Shown here one piece after another: positions 38,071 to 53,032 of a DNA stretch of 64,000 nucleotides. The DNA is from Ginglymostoma cirratum. Taxonomy: Eukaryota. The stretch is from assembly GCA_024137785.1 (NCBI GenBank), contig JAHRHZ010000021.1, positions 45,416,051-45,480,050 of the forward strand, in the 5' to 3' direction. The notes under the pieces are model-generated. The model was not told the origin of the DNA. It ran no database searches and saw nothing but the letters and a program-made list of their open reading frames with translations. Made by a program: the position numbers and the translations under genes. How positions within the stretch are numbered: position 1 is the stretch's first letter; each line of letters starts with the position of its first letter.

Positions 38071-40660
38071 TTAAATGTATAAACACAGTCAGAATGAACA
38101 ATTGTTAAAGCTGGTTCAATTTAATGGCTCTGATGTGAATGTGTAGATCAGTGAACGGATGCTTTCCCCAGGTTCTATCTTGTGGACAAACTAATACAAC
38201 CAGCTGGTATCTATCTAGAAAATAACTCCATTGGAGGGAGCAAATATCATGCCTAGCTGTAAACTATAATGATTCCTTCTTTTAAAGAATGTAATTCCTC
38301 TAAACACACGAAGCTAACACGCTGAGAGTGATCAGCCTGTCTTTTTCGCCTCCTTACGTACCCACATTCCCCTCCCACGGCATCATCATCCCAACGATGT
38401 GTGTGCAGATATTAAACACGTCAAACTTTATCATCATAACATTGTTTCCAAAAACTATCTTGAATCATTAATGACTCCTTCCCTCACCTATGGATCACAA
38501 AGAAGATCACTTAAGATTCCTTCCAGCACGGCTCCACTAATAGATGCCAGGCTAATAGATCTGTTGTTCGCTATCTGTTTCATCCCCCATTTTGAAATGG
38601 AAGTGGGTGTGTTAGCATCCAATCTAAAGTAATTATCTCTGTTTCTTTTGAACATCCATTTTTTAAAACATACTTTGATATTATCTGGATATGGAGTTCC
38701 ATCCATTTTGAGCTTTTCAAGATCGAGAAATTTATTATTTTGATATTAATAATACTTATCAAAACTAAGGACCCCTCATCTGAAAGATAAGCATCTTCTA
38801 CAGGCCTATTGACTGAAGCAAAGTGCTCAGATTGAGTTTAAATTTTACCTACTGGATCTTGTAGTTGGTATACACTACCTTACTGACATTCTGAATTCTG
38901 CGTAGCTGACAAAGTTCTGTTTTACTACCACAATTATATACCATCTTCTTTCCCTGAGACCCCTTAGCTAACCTCATGACAGTTTTTTGTCTAATCAGTA
39001 TGCAATACTCTTCCTCTCTTCCTATGAATTAATGGTGTAAAATGTTTTCTGTTATTAATACCTTTGGTGATAAAATTTTGTTTAGTCTCAGTTCTTGTGG
39101 CTTCCAGTTGTTTTTGAATCCCTGTGGTCTGGGAAAAGATTGCCAAAAAATGTTGTGATGCTAATTTAATGATACCACGTTAAAATAAGCTTACTAAGTT
39201 TTCAGGTAAACAACAACAATAAACACAAGCAATGATCTACAGTTTAATGCAGGATATATACTTTCCTTGTTGTGGTTGTATGGGGAGCCACCGTGACTTT
39301 TCCTTGCAGCGTTTGGTCATTGTGCTCCTTTCACTCCCTTCTTATTCTTTCTTGCCCTGTTTTCTGATCCGGTAACTAGAGGCAAAGTCCGGTTTTCTTG
39401 TCCAATTGACACCACCTCAATCTAGTACTCATCAGCCCCATCTTTGAGTATATATTCCTGGACCAACCAGGTATCTTTCACATTGGCACAACCCCATTGC
39501 AGGAGAAATAATTGCTTGGTAGTAAAGAATTTAAACATTAGTAAGAGGCATCATAATGTCAAAGCTTTTCATATTGCACTCAATAGGACACAAGAAACCA
39601 GACTCAAAAAAGGGACATAATTTATACAGTGTGAGAAGAGTGTTCTAATTGGTTAGGCTATCATTGGCATGGAGACGTATCAAGAAGTGTTAACTGTCAA
39701 TCTTAGTTCTCAGACCAAGCAGATGGACTTTGATTGGTTCGTGTCTTCCATGGAAATACAGCAGACACTGGCAGATTCCATGACCCCTTTCTTCCCCCAT
39801 TGATAAAGATAGATTCCTTTTGCCTACATATGGTCTATTCTCCAGAATATGGACATAGCTGACAACGTTAACATTTATCACCCATTTGTAAGTTGTCTTA
39901 AAGTGGTGTTGGCTTTTCTTCTTGAACTGCTATGTATAACAGTTTATTGAATTGAATGCCTGGTTAGTAAATGACGGGGACACTTACGAGCTCAGCTTCA
40001 TGATTTGGGATGGGAACAGCATAAGCAGAGCTTGGAAGCACAGAGATCTTCATTCTCTAAAGCGCATGTATGAAACAGTTGGGTTTGTAAAATATTCTGA
40101 CATTTTCATTTTCACTTTTGAAAAAATAAATTGAAATTTGCAATTTCAATGGTGGGAATGCATCTCACAAAATAACATTATTTAAGCCATCCAAGTTTTA
40201 AGGATGGAAAATATTAATTTCTTATTTAGAATCTGAGAAGACGACCTCCTTATTGTATAAAATGAATAAAGATGAAAGTCAATTATATAACCAACACTAT
40301 GTGGCAAGAATGACACAAAAACCAGGGACAAGTATAATCTTGAAGATACAAGTTACTGTTCTTAGTAGAAATTTTGCTAGTCTAAGAGCAAAGTGTTCCT
40401 AGGCCCCAAACAATATTGGCTATGGTAAAAGATTTGGGAGAATTACATGATAGTAAGGCCTTTGTCAGCATTGAGACTGCCAAGTTTCATTTTCCAACTA
40501 AGTTTGAGAGGAGATTCTCACTAGGGAGCGACAAGAAGTCTATTAAATGGTGATTACCACTTGTAATTACCCTCATTATTACTTCATCTTACGTCATCAT
40601 TACACATGCTCCTATTCCACCATCTGCTGGATAGAAGCCAGATGCTGGGAATTCGTGACA

Positions 40661-40960
40661 AGACAGCATGGTGGCTCAGTGGCTAACACTGCTGCCTTAC
40701 AGTGCCAGGAATCTGGGTTCAATACCAGCCTTGGGTAACTGTCTGTGTGGAGTTTGCACATTCCCCCCCATGTCTGTGAGGGTTTTCTCTGGCTGCTCAG
40801 GTTTCCTCCAGCAATCCAAAAAAGGTGTGCAGGCTAGATGGATTGGCCATGGGAAATGCAGGGTTACAGGGGTGGGTGGGACTGGGCAGGATGCTCTTTG
40901 GAGGTTTGGTGTGGACTTATTGGGCTGAATGGCCTGTTTCTACACTGTAGAGATTCTATG
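40661..40960 (+). mobile_element. HE1-type V-SINE
   Basis: gcatggtggctcagtggctaacactgctgcc...ggcctgtttctacactgtagagattctatg. Confidence 0.85.
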
Positions 40961-42779
40961 AAAGCCAGGAGTGCATAGCTGGCAACAGTTCACCACTTGG
41001 TCTACTGAATCCCCACTTTAAAACACCTGACACCAACATCCCAGGCACACTCCATGGGCAGAAACTGTATGCACCCTATATCCAGATGCTGGCATCCATA
41101 AAGTTTCAGCCTCTCTGTTCCTTCACTGAACATCTCCAAACCACTTCAAAATGCAGCATCATTTTGTAATACACTGATACTTACCATTACAGTACTGCTG
41201 CTGGGCAGTACTATAATGCTTTCTCCCTTTGTGCTCTCTCACTTAATGTTAAGGTGAGCATCCAGGCAAACACAGTCTTGCCTTGCATTTTAGTGATTTT
41301 GCTTTCTCAGCAACACTTTGAAGGCCTGCTTTACTGTTTAACATAAGTCAGGAAATTTGCCATTTTGGACAGCAGTCAGTCAAGGAGTAGACACATCACT
41401 GTACAGCACAGTGCCATGCCAATCTTACATCTGCACCTTGTGCCAGCATCATTCATAGCAAAAACACTGCATCTTCTGCAAATGGCCACGTCTCAAAGTT
41501 CAAGGGCAGTAGTCCTCAGCCAAGTCTAGGAAGATACCTAGACTTTCTGTAGAGGAACTCCTGAAGGGTTTGTCAGTCAAGGAGGGGCCTCCAATATCAC
41601 TCTAGGTGCTTGAGCATAGTCAGTCAGTTTGTCAAGCCTATCAGGAAGAGGCAGTCTGTACCTCTGCTGTCTGGAAGCCCACCACTGTCAGCTCCAGGGG
41701 TCCAGTGATACTAGTTTGGGACATCAGGGAACGCAGTCAGAGAACTGTACGAATGTTAGTCAATTTGGTCACTCATTGTTCGAGCTGTCTGGCTAAGGGG
41801 GTGGGACACAGTCAGATCTAAGCATCAGTCAACTAAAAGTCAAGGAGTGGTTAGCAGGGATCACCGTTGGTGAACAAAATTGTAGGGATTGGAATCAAAA
41901 TGTTGGGATGCAGAATGGAGGGACAATGCTAAAGATGACAATTTAATATACTAAAGGGAGGCAAGACTACAGTGAAAGATGAGAAAGGAGTCATCAATGG
42001 TAAACAGCACTCTGGCTTCCATGGGTGGACAGTGAACTATCAGACCTGGCATGTTTCTTCATATGCATGGGACTGAAGGGTAAAGTGAGTAGAGGGAGAT
42101 TTAGACCAGTTGGATGGGGAGTTGGCGAGATTGGAAAGCCTATTGGTTTGATGGGGAGAGTTACCAGAAAGGGGATGTTTTCATTTGGGGGTTCATTAAG
42201 ATGTAGAGGCTGAGTCTGAGACTAACTGTTCGAGGAGCAGCTGCTGTTGACTTCCATTGCGTTGTGAATAACAACTGCAAGATGGAGATTAAAATGGCTG
42301 AGACCACAGCCAGAGTGGACAGGTGTGAGTCCTTCACAGTGCTACAACATTACAAAGACACCCTTACGTTGAAGCCAAAATAAATCTGGAAGTAATGCAT
42401 GCTTTGTGAACTTTAGGGATCAGCCTACTATCAGCAGTCCAAATCCTGTCCCAAGCACTGCTGACTATATCACCCAAGATAACAAACAAATCCCACTAAT
42501 CTCTGTGACGTAGTATCAATATTGGTCAACCTGGAAAGATGGTGCAGGAGCTGCTCAGTTCACACCTTGCATCATAGAACAAAGTGTAGGGATAAGACTG
42601 GGTGGGCTTTGTCGCTCCAATGGTGCAGTTGCAGCCAGACAAAGAGATGCAATGACAGGTGATGGTGAAAAGCAAACATACAAGAAGAAACGTGAATACG
42701 TATTTACTTGGATGTGTCATCCCTTCCACATACGTGCCCTCAGGTCGTCTCTTGCTCTCTCACTATATCCGAGTGCAGT

Positions 42780-43380
42780 TTCAATCTTCAGTCCCCAGCT
42801 ATTGACTCCATTCCCTCTCTTGGGAACTATCTAAGCCTGAACCTAACCTGAATTAATTTCTGATCAGATCTCCATATGTCACCTAAACCACCTATTTCCA
42901 CCTCCACTGCGCACCTCGGTTCATCTACTACTGAAATCCTCTTCTCTGTCGTTCGTCTCCCACATTCTGATCTATGTGTACTTGATGTAATCCAAAGATT
43001 TGCTGCCAGTGGCCTCATTCACACCAGCTCCTGTTTTCCCATCACCCATGTACTTTCTGACCTGCATTAAGTGTTGTGCAATAGTGAGCCAAATTTAAAA
43101 TTTTGTCCATAATTTCAAATCTCACCATAGCCTCACTTCTCCCTATCTCTGAAATCCCATGCAGCCCCAAGCCTTTATTCCTCTAATTCTAACATCTTCA
43201 GCATCTCCTCCTGGAACTGGTCCACCGTTCCTGGCAATGCGTTCAACAAATTGGGCCGACATGCCCATTCCCAAATTCTCCCACTTTGCTTATTTCATAG
43301 AGGACGCTGCTTAAACCCTTTCTGTTTGACCATGAGTTTGGTCACCTGCCCTGATAGCTCCTTATGTGGCTTGGCATCAT
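42780..43380 (+). mobile_element. L2 LINE 3' fragment
   Basis: cctatttccacctcc, atccaaagatttgctgcc, cccatcacccatgtactttctgacctgcatta (ITPVLxxLHWL remnant) and cttaaacccttt...tttgacca. Other L2 remnants at ~2420-2660 and 3350-3640 (-), ~7000-7260 (+), ~22670-23300 (-) and ~29990-30310 (+). Confidence 0.65.
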
Positions 43381-43674
43381 AGAGAGGTTAAAAAATTGAA
43401 CACAAAGATTCCGATCTAATCTACAGAATGTTTCCTGAATGTGACAAAAGAAATCAATTTCCATGAAGTTGATATATTAGAATAAATACCAGCTAAATTT
43501 ATGTAATTGCAAAGTTCTTTTGGTGGCAAAAAAACTTTCACAAAGAATGCTTTTTACTCAAAATATGAAACTGCGATTAACATGGTGATAAAAATACAGT
43601 TATTTGTCTGTAGTGATTGTTTTAGAGTTTTAACCTGATCAGTTCAGCATCTCAGAAGCCAAAAGCAGCAAAAT

Positions 43675-43688
43675 GCGCCACCTAGTAG
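43675..43688 (-). promoter_or_regulatory. Candidate CTCF binding site
   Basis: Minus strand CTACTAGGTGGCGC, one mismatch from the core CCACTAGGTGGCGC, in locally CpG-retaining sequence not recognised as a repeat. Confidence 0.45.
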
Positions 43689-46600
43689 TTTATTTCCTGG
43701 AGAACTTGGCCACAATCTCTTGGAGCTTGTATTAAGATTGAACGCAGTTTTAGGTCAGCTGAACGGCACGGATCCTCTTCGCATCAAAAACTGAGGTATG
43801 TTAGTTGATGACAAAAACAGTGGAAAGCCACTGGGGATTAATCCTAAATGCAATTTCAATCGTAGCCAGTTAATGCCAGTATTTAACAAATTATGGAATT
43901 CACAATTTGAGAGACTTAGGAAGTACTGTTCAACTCTTCACTGACCTACAGCTAAAATGCAGAGACTCAGCACATCGATCTCGCTGACAGGAATCAAAAT
44001 AGAGTATAATGCCACAGCCACAGTAATTAGCGATAATTCTAAAGCTCTGTACGTATTCCCGATATCACTCTAAACTAATCCCAGATCAGGTTTAATTCAA
44101 CCTCAGGTGATTTATACTACCAAAACACAGAAGCGTAATGCAAAACAAAACGGTTCCCTTGTTGCTGTTTGTCGAAATCGGGGATTCTCTTGACACCTTT
44201 GAAAACAAAGAAGAAACCCAGAAATCGCGAAAGCCATCCTTGGTTAAGACACAAAATTGTCAATTAATTTTTCAATCTCTCAACGACAAGTTAGAAAAAT
44301 CAGAACTACAACTTCAGCAGCATATCTGATAAGTCAAGAATAAATCCAGAAAACGCAGGATAATACAATATGAGCTTTTAAAATACAATAATCTCACAAA
44401 ACACAATTGAAAAATGTCCAGCTTCTGCTTCTGCTTCCCTGAATTCCATTCCATTAGCCAGTGTCATTAAAATGTTCATAACTGGTACTCACCAGTGGTG
44501 ACTTAGTTAAACTGCAGACAAAGAATGACCTCAAAACATCTGAGTCTATGTTAGATCTATACTTAAATACCAGGGAATCTCCACACCTGAGCCCTGAGCT
44601 TCCACTGCTTACCAGTCACCAGAATTTCCTTAACCCTTAGTCTCTTAAGATTAGTGGTACTTTCTGTGGAGCCTGGTTCATGGCCTCCTCTCTCAATTCT
44701 GTTTGCTTTCGGTTTTATCCATAGGTTAAAAAATATGCTCAAGGATTGGAGAGAATGTGTGGACGCACCTTAGGCAGTTTGCACACAACAGCTTTTTAGC
44801 TTGATTTCAACTGTGATTTATAATTAGCAGCATAACCTGGGCCCACTAGCTTGCTTCGCTCTGACACACCCTGTTGAGACTGATAACTTCAGAATTCCTG
44901 AAAAGCTTCCAGTTTCAAACCATTGTTACTTCAAGTAAATCGTAGCTAACTTCATCTCGACAATCTTCAAAACCTTGAGTCTGTAACTTATCCCTTCTTT
45001 TAAGATAAAAGAGAGCAGTCAGTTGAAAAAAAATGGAGAGTCAATCAGTTTCTAAACTCAACAACAGACCACAAGCAGCATGAACCTAAGTAGGCCATTC
45101 AGCCCCTCAAATTATCTAAAGTAAAGAGCTGTCTCCTACGTTTTTTTTCCAAGATGGCCTACATGGAATGAATACTTACAAATTCAGTTAAAATCTATTG
45201 TTGCAAAACATTCCGAAACAAGTACTTAAAATGGAGATGCCCAATGTTTTAAAAAAAAGACAAGATTTAAAAACATTTCAACACACATTCTAATTTTGGA
45301 CATGGACAGATAATGAACTCCTCCATGGCAGGGAACAAATAACTTTCCTGTCAACATTTCATTGTTAAAAGAAGTTGTAATATCATCAAATACACCAAAT
45401 TAACCTATCAAAAACAGGATATTTCTGTATCTTAAATCTCCCAGTTTAAATTCCTAGAAACCATTAGATAATTAAAATCAGTAAATTGTGAACAAAGTTC
45501 AATTGTTTCTCTTCAATGATCTTCCACAATCTTCCCAAAAGAAAGTTGACACCATCTACTCTTCAGTCAAGTGGACATTATTGTGAGATCTTTGATAGTG
45601 AATGCCAATATCATATGGGACAGTGAAGGTTTGCAACCAGGTCCCAGTCCTGTTCTGCCTTTACTAGACAGGCATTGACATATGCACTAACAAGAGGCAT
45701 GAGGTGGTTATGAATTGAAACCCTGGCCAATTTTCTCCTGTCTGGTCCAGGGCAACCACTACCTGCTGTTCATAACAACTCATTCAGCACAGAGTGAAGA
45801 ATCAAAGCAAAGACCTACTTATACACTGAAGCATCCATTTGCACTATTTATTATTAGCTCAAAAACAGAACAAGGAATTGTGACAAAACAACAGAAGTGC
45901 CACACTAGCATTACTAGAGTAATTACCATCTGTGAGATAACACAGATCACATTTGAACTTAAAGTGATATAGAGCTTACCATTTTATTTCTTTACCAATT
46001 CTGGTGTAAATGAATTACATCATGTATTCAATCTGTACCAAATATGCCTATTGCGATTTGAAAGTAAAACTAATCCCCTTTCATTAAGTTATGTTATGAG
46101 ATAATCTCTAGATTTATGATAGGATTTAAAAGCTCACTTTTGTTGGTCTTGCTCCTTCCCTGGCTAGATCACAGCCTTGGGGGCTGTTTGATTTTGTCAT
46201 GTGCACATTCCGGTACACTGAAGTAGCACATTTATTCTATACTTAAAGTGTCTTTGTGAATGACAGGAGTGGCATTCTTTTTCTAACACAGAGAAGTACC
46301 TTACCGAATTCATTTTTATGAATGATGCATTCAGTAATGTTTGCATAAACTATCCTCAAAAGTATTAGGCTTGGAACCACAAACCTTTGGAACCTAACAT
46401 GGCCAACAGCCTCTTCAGGTAATGGTTGGGGACTCTCCACCGGCAAGTGCTGTCCAAGCACTGGATCCAGAGGACTCGGTAAAACTGTTAATTCATTAAA
46501 CACAGTGTTAAATCATAGTTGGGTAGTAGGAAGCTTGTTGAGAAGGTTGTGAATGCCATTGTGAGAAAGACATCTGCACCCTATTAACAGGAAGGGCAAG

Positions 46601-49600
46601 TGGAATGGAGCAGAGAATGACTGCTTGTAGTGATAGGAATGTAGAGTTATATTCTGATTGATCACTTTTACCATCTAGAGAAAATGGAGAAGCAGAGTGC
46701 AGTCAAACGTCTGCTTTTTTGTGTGAATGATAGGATGGCATCATTGGTTAAACCATCATAAATTAAACCAGAACTAAAAACGTCACCTAATATCATGTCC
46801 AACTAGTGGAATGGAATACCTGTTTTCTCACTTTATGTTATGCCTCTGACAAAACTGTGAGTAATGCAAGGACAGGAAATAATCTCCTCTCTTTCTGGCA
46901 GCCCTAATTTTGTTCATTCATTACCTTATTTTTTTTCTGGTGATCTGAATTTACTGATGTTTAGAAATGTTGCAAGATACAGAATCATGAATGCCTTAGC
47001 CAGTCACATTTGACAGCATAGTATAAATTGTTGTGGTCCGTTGAAATTGTCATTCTTGCATTTGATCTGGGTACAAAATGAAATGCTTCATCAGAGTCAT
47101 TTTTCAGCATTGAAGTTCTGTCCTACCAAACAAATATTTGATTTCTTTTTATTCATTTACTTTGCATTTGAATGACTGGAAATATTTAGAGAGCACTCAT
47201 TTGGACACTTATTTTGCTTTTGTACTTTGCCCATACCACAAAACCTTTAGGTCGCCACACTCAGACTTTCTCTTCTTCCACTCACTACCAGCATCCCAAC
47301 TCTGTTCTCTTCTCTTGTGTAAAGCCTACTTACATTTCCACCTTGCCTTAATGCTGATTAAAAAGTTATCACTGCCCTGGAATGTTAATTCTTGCTGTAT
47401 CCACAGATGCTTGTATTTCACCCATCCCTATTTCTATTTTCACAAAAGATTATTTTGGCTCATCTGGCTCAGTCCAATTACAAGTTTCTTTTTTTCCCCC
47501 TGGTGTACAAGTCTAAGCTGCTGCATTGTAGTATTTTGTTAATTACTTGATTTTTGTGTTTGTGAACGGAAGGTATTAATTGAGAACAAAAGGGGTTGTG
47601 GACAGCCAGGGATTTTTTATTTGTAGAATCAGAATATTACAGTATTCAAACCTGTAATTTGGTCTGTTCTATTGTTAAAGACTTCTTTAAAAGTTGGCCT
47701 CCTTTGTGTTGTTCAAAAGAGGAGTTAAATATGGTCTTGTTATGGAAAAAAAGAATTCCTCAAGTGATCTTAGAAAGCTATAATAGGAAAGCATAAATAG
47801 AGTTCCATGGTGCGGAGCTTTAATTCTACTTACGGCACGAGTTTCCTCTCAACTTATTTCATCTAACCTGCCGATCCTATTAAATTCCCCATCACAAATT
47901 CCAATTACGATCTAGAATATGCCAGAAACAGTGATGGAAGCAGATTTTATATTAACCTGCAAAAAATCATTGTATAAATACTTGAAGAGAAACAATATAT
48001 AGTGTTGCAAGATTGAATCCATCATTAATTTTGTGCAGGGCTAATAGTTTTCAAAATGCTTTTTTTAGTAACAGCATTTGTACAGAACTTAATCAGAGAT
48101 TAAATAGGCCACTCATGAGATTATAAAGCAATTTGACAATCTACGTTGGTTCGTGAGGGAAAACAAACTGCACTTCATGGTTTTTATACCAAATCCTTCC
48201 ATTTTTAAAAGTTTAAGAGTTTGTTTCCTAATTTGAGACAGTGGGCTTGGTATTGCTGCAGTCTTGACCATAACACAAACATTTATTGAGTTATAAATGG
48301 CTAAGAGTAATCTAATTTGTTTTCTCCCTATAGCTTTTTGTCGAGGGGATATGAGACCTTATTGATCTCATCAATAAACACTGTGCTACCAGTGAATGCT
48401 TATATTTGTTACAATAGTTTAGATTTTCATGTTCATGTCAGTGTTTCTTCAAATGATATATTTGAGGTTACTTTTGAGAAGCCACTGTAACAATTAGCAA
48501 GCACTAACAAAGATGGCATGAAACATTCCACCACTCTAGTACTCACAAAGGATTTAAAAGGCACACGTTAATTTTTTCCTTATTTTCAATGATCTAGGGA
48601 ATTGATAAGGTTTGTGCAGGAAAGAATAGCTTTTTCTGAGAGATGGTCATATTGGTTCATACTTTTCAAAAGGGTGACGATCCCATTACTTTCTCTGATT
48701 AGACAAGATACTTTTCCATGGGCATATATAAACAATAAAATTCAGAATCTTCATTTTTGGCAATCAAACTGCAACTAGCAGGAAACTAGTCACCTTGACC
48801 TTTAAGGGTTCACTCAAAGCTCCAAAATATAACTTCATTTTATTCTGCTATTAGAAACACATATAAATCTGAACTAATGAAATCCAGAAATCTATTTTGC
48901 ACAGGAGTAAAGCTCTTTAAAATTTAGCTCCCTTGCAAGTTCTTAATGGTTAGGTTTAGTTGCACGCTCTCTAGAGATTCTCCCTGAGATGGACCTGAAG
49001 TGAACTCATTAACAGCATGGAAAAGAATTTTGCATTGCGGAATCTGTAAATGGTCCAGGGATTACAGTGAGTCTTCCATCTATGAGATCTATTCGGTGTA
49101 TATTTTAGGTAAAACCTGTTTTCGCTTATCAAGCATGCTGACTTAAATTGTCAATTACCCGCACATTGAGCGGAACAGAATTTTCAAATTTAACTATGAA
49201 CCTCAAAATGTACCAAAGTATTAATCTTACTCCGTGATCCTGTTCAAGTGTCTCTTCAAATTATCCCTGTTCAGGAGGTATTAGAAGGATTTCCTTGGTT
49301 CCACTATTACCTCTCAAAATGTGACCAGAGAACCTCTAACAATACCTTCACATCCCACCCAACATTACCACCTTCAGTCTGAGAGATTCTTGTTTCACAA
49401 TATGTGCAGACACGCTTCTGTACCAAAACTGTTGATAGCTGAACCAACATCTTACCCTCCTTTTGGTTAGCCTCAGCACTGTACCTGTACAGTCAAACAA
49501 TTTAGATGAGACATCCAAGTTTGGTTGAATCAACCACAAATGAAAAATTGTGCAGATTGTACAATGACCAAATACCACCCTATCCTGCCACTCATTTGTG

Positions 49601-50103
49601 AGCACTATGGAGAGTAAATGATTGTCATGGGCCTGGTCGGTAGTTAATACCACACATTTTCTTAAAGGATAATTACAGGTCAGTGAGTTTATCATTTGTG
49701 GTTCAGGGAGCTTGGAGATTATTTAATTGCACGTATAGCTAAATAACCAGGAGACTGCGAGAGAGGGGGGGGGGGGAGAGAGAGAGAGAGCGCAAGCACG
49801 CGAATAATGTGAAGCACAGGATTTTCAAAGGAAGATTTCAACGACAAACCTTGTCACTGCTTTGAAGTGACAGATACAGTGAGTGGGGAAATGCAGCAAA
49901 TGCAGTGAACAGTGAGATTTAGATAAGCCTTTGACAAGGTAGCACGAGGAAACTACTGGATAATTTAAGGTGCGTGGAATTAGAGCAAGACCAACAAATT
50001 TAAGCTTCTGAAATTTAATTTTGGATATTGGTGTTTTTTGCAAGTCTGGTATTACTTGCCTATTCCTGTTTGCCTTGAGCAGGTAGCTCTAGACCTACAT
50101 GAG

Positions 50104-50433
50104 TAGAATCCCTGCAGTGTAGAAACAGGCCACTTATCAAACAGCATCCCACCCAGACTCACCTCCCTATCCTATAACCCTGCATTTCCCATGGCTAGCT
50201 CACTTACCGATACACTGATACATCCCTGGATACAATAAGCAATTTAGCACGGCCAATCCACCTAACCTACACATCTTTGGACTGTGGGAGGAAACCAGAG
50301 CACCCAGCAGAAATTCACGTAGACACAGGGAGAATGTGCAAACTCCACACAGATAGTCACCCGAGGCTGGGATTGAACCCGGGTCCCTGGCGCTATGAGG
50401 CTGCAGTGCTAACCACTGAGAGCCATTGTGCCA
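50104..50433 (-). mobile_element. HE1-type V-SINE
   Basis: tagaatccctgcagtgtagaaacaggcc...gcagtgctaaccactgagagccattgtgcc. Confidence 0.85.
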
Positions 50434-51059
50434 CTCACATCTTGAAATGGAGTAGCTCTTTGAACAACCAAGTCGTACCAATCTTCACGTAACAACTTAA
50501 AAGTCAATTATTTTGGTGTGTGACCTCTAAAAATTATTTCATGGATCTTAGGTATCAATGACAAGGCCAGCATTTATTGTCTATCCTCAATTTGCCTTGA
50601 ACTGGGGACAGCCAAGAGTAAACCATTTTCCTGTGGGTCTAGAGTCATATGTAGGTCAGACCAGGTAACGTAGACCAATTTGCTTCACAAAATGGAACTA
50701 GTGGATTCACACAAGTCAGGCTTGGCAAAGACAGTAAGTTTCCTTTCCAAAAGGAAACTTGAGTACCTTTTTTTTTAGAATCACAACTTCAAAGGTCACT
50801 CTTAATGCTACTGTCTTTTACTTCCAGAATTTATAAAAACACAATGAAAATTCCCAACCTATCTTAGTGGGTTTTCAACATGTATTCTACGGATTCCTTA
50901 ACATAAAGCATAGCAAAGATTTATCAAATAAAAAGGGATGAAACAGTAAAAGCTAAACGATACTTCTCAGAGTGGTTTAAAGTTGATCGTTCTGTCCAAC
51001 AGGAATCTATCTGGGACCACTTCTTTCACTTGTTACATCGACAATTTGAAGAAAAGTAT

Positions 51060-52410
51060 GATGCTTAAACATGTAAAGGTCAGAAATACTGTAACCCAAG
51101 ACTGTAATCTTTGAGGCCCGAGGGACAGGGTTTACACATATTTGGAAAGGCAAAGACTGATTAGAGATAGTCAACATTGCTTTGTGCATGGCAAATCATG
51201 TCTTACTAAATTGAATTTTTTAAAGAAGTAACAAAGAGAATTGTTGAGGGCCAAGCAGTGGACATGATCAAAATGCACTTGAGTAAGGCTTTCAACAAGG
51301 TTCCACATGGTAGGCTGGTTGGCAAGGTTAGATGACGTGGAATACAGGGAGAACTAGCAATGTGGATACAGAACAGGCTTGAAGGTAATAGACAGAGAGT
51401 AATGGTGGAAGGTTGCTTTTCAGACTGGAGGCCTGTGGCCAGCAGTGTGCCACAAGGATCAGTGCTGGGTCCACTGCTTTTAGTCACTTATATAAATGAT
51501 CTGAATGTGAACGTAGGTGTGGTTGGTACGTTTGCAGATGACACCAAAATTGGAGGTGTGGTAGACAGCAAAGGTTACCTCAGAGTGCAATGGGACCTCG
51601 ATCAGATGGGCCGAAGAGTGGCAAATGGAGTTTACTTCAGATAAACGAGAGGTGCTGTATTTTGGAAAGGCAAATCAGGGCAGGACTTATATACTTAATG
51701 GTAAGGTCCTGGGGAGTGTTGCTGAACAGAGAATCTTGTGAGTGCAGGTTCATAGTTCCTTGAAAGTGCAGTCACAGGTAAATAGGATAGTGAAGGCGAC
51801 GTTTGGTGTGCTTACCTTTACTGGTCAATGCTTTGAGTATAGGTGTTAGTTGGGTATGTTGCAGCTCTAAAGGACATTGGCTGGACCACTTTTGGAATAC
51901 TATGTGCAATTCCGTTCTCCCTACTATAGGATGTTGTGAAACTCGAAAGGGTTCAGAAGTGATTTACAAGGATGTTGCCTGGGTTGGGGGGGGGGGGGGT
52001 TTGAGCTATAGGGAGAGGCTAACTAGACTGGAGTGTCAGAGGCTGAAGGGTGACCTTACAGAGGTTAATAAAATCATGAGGGGTATGGATAGGGTAAATA
52101 GACAAGGTCTTTTCCCTGGGGTGGAGTTGTCCAAAACTAGAGGGGTCATAGCTTTAAGATGAGAGGGGAAAGATTTAAAAAGGGACATAAGGGGCAACAT
52201 GTCCACATTGAGGGTGGGATGTGTTTGGAATGGTCTGCCAGAGCAAGTGGTGGAAGCTGGTACAATTATAGCATTTAAGAGGCACTGGAAGGGTATATGA
52301 ATAGGAAGCGTTTAGAGGGATGACTGCCAAATGCTGGCAAATGGGACGAGATTTATGTTGGATGTTGGCATGGACAGGTTGGACCGAAGTGCTGTACATC
52401 TCTATGACCA
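51060..52410 (+). mobile_element. CR1 LINE 3' part (RT domain to tail), decayed
   Basis: WIQNRLEGNRQRVMVEGCFSDWRPVASSVPQGSVLGPLL...FADDTKIGGVVDS, LSYRERL..L..RLKGDL.EV.KIMRGMDRV, and a CR1 3' UTR. Confidence 0.93.
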
Positions 52411-52994
52411 CCCTCCAGTGGTATTGATAGCCTTTCTAACCGCAGTAGAAACATACACACAACATGACTTGGGTAGGTGGCGGAAATGTAAATTTCATCA
52501 AACACAAAAAGATTCTTCAGTTAGAGTTCTAAGACTGTAGAACTAAGGAGAAAATCCCGTAAACAAAAATTAATTCTGCAATCTATGAGAGCGCGAGAGA
52601 CAGCGACAGACAGACACAGTGCACAGACCTTCAATTTCAATGGCTTTATTTACTGTTATACTTAATGTTGCTGTCAGTACAATACTCTATTGCTAGTCAC
52701 TGCCACCCAGAGGAATTCTTAGGCAATTTTCCTTTCTTTGCTCTGAACAATGTTCAGGACAGTTTGTCATATGATACCATCACAGAATAAAACAGTGGAT
52801 GGAATAAGTCAGAGTGGGTATTTGATTGCTCTGCAGTGACAACTACTCTGGTTGTTGCACCAGCATGGTTTCTTCATTCAGGCTTCCTCAGTTTACCTTT
52901 GTTCCAAAGACAAAGTTCACCTACATTCAATTTACCTATAGCAGCAATTAATATGCAGTACAATTAACAACACATTCCTTCATACAAGTATGTG

Positions 52995-52997
<3 letters not shown>

Positions 52998-53028
<31 letters not shown>
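52998..53028. repeat. (AC)n microsatellite
   Basis: Perfect AC run. Other microsatellites at ~57632-57660 (AC) and ~49760-49790 (GA/poly-G). Confidence 0.95.
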
Positions 53029-53032
<4 letters not shown>

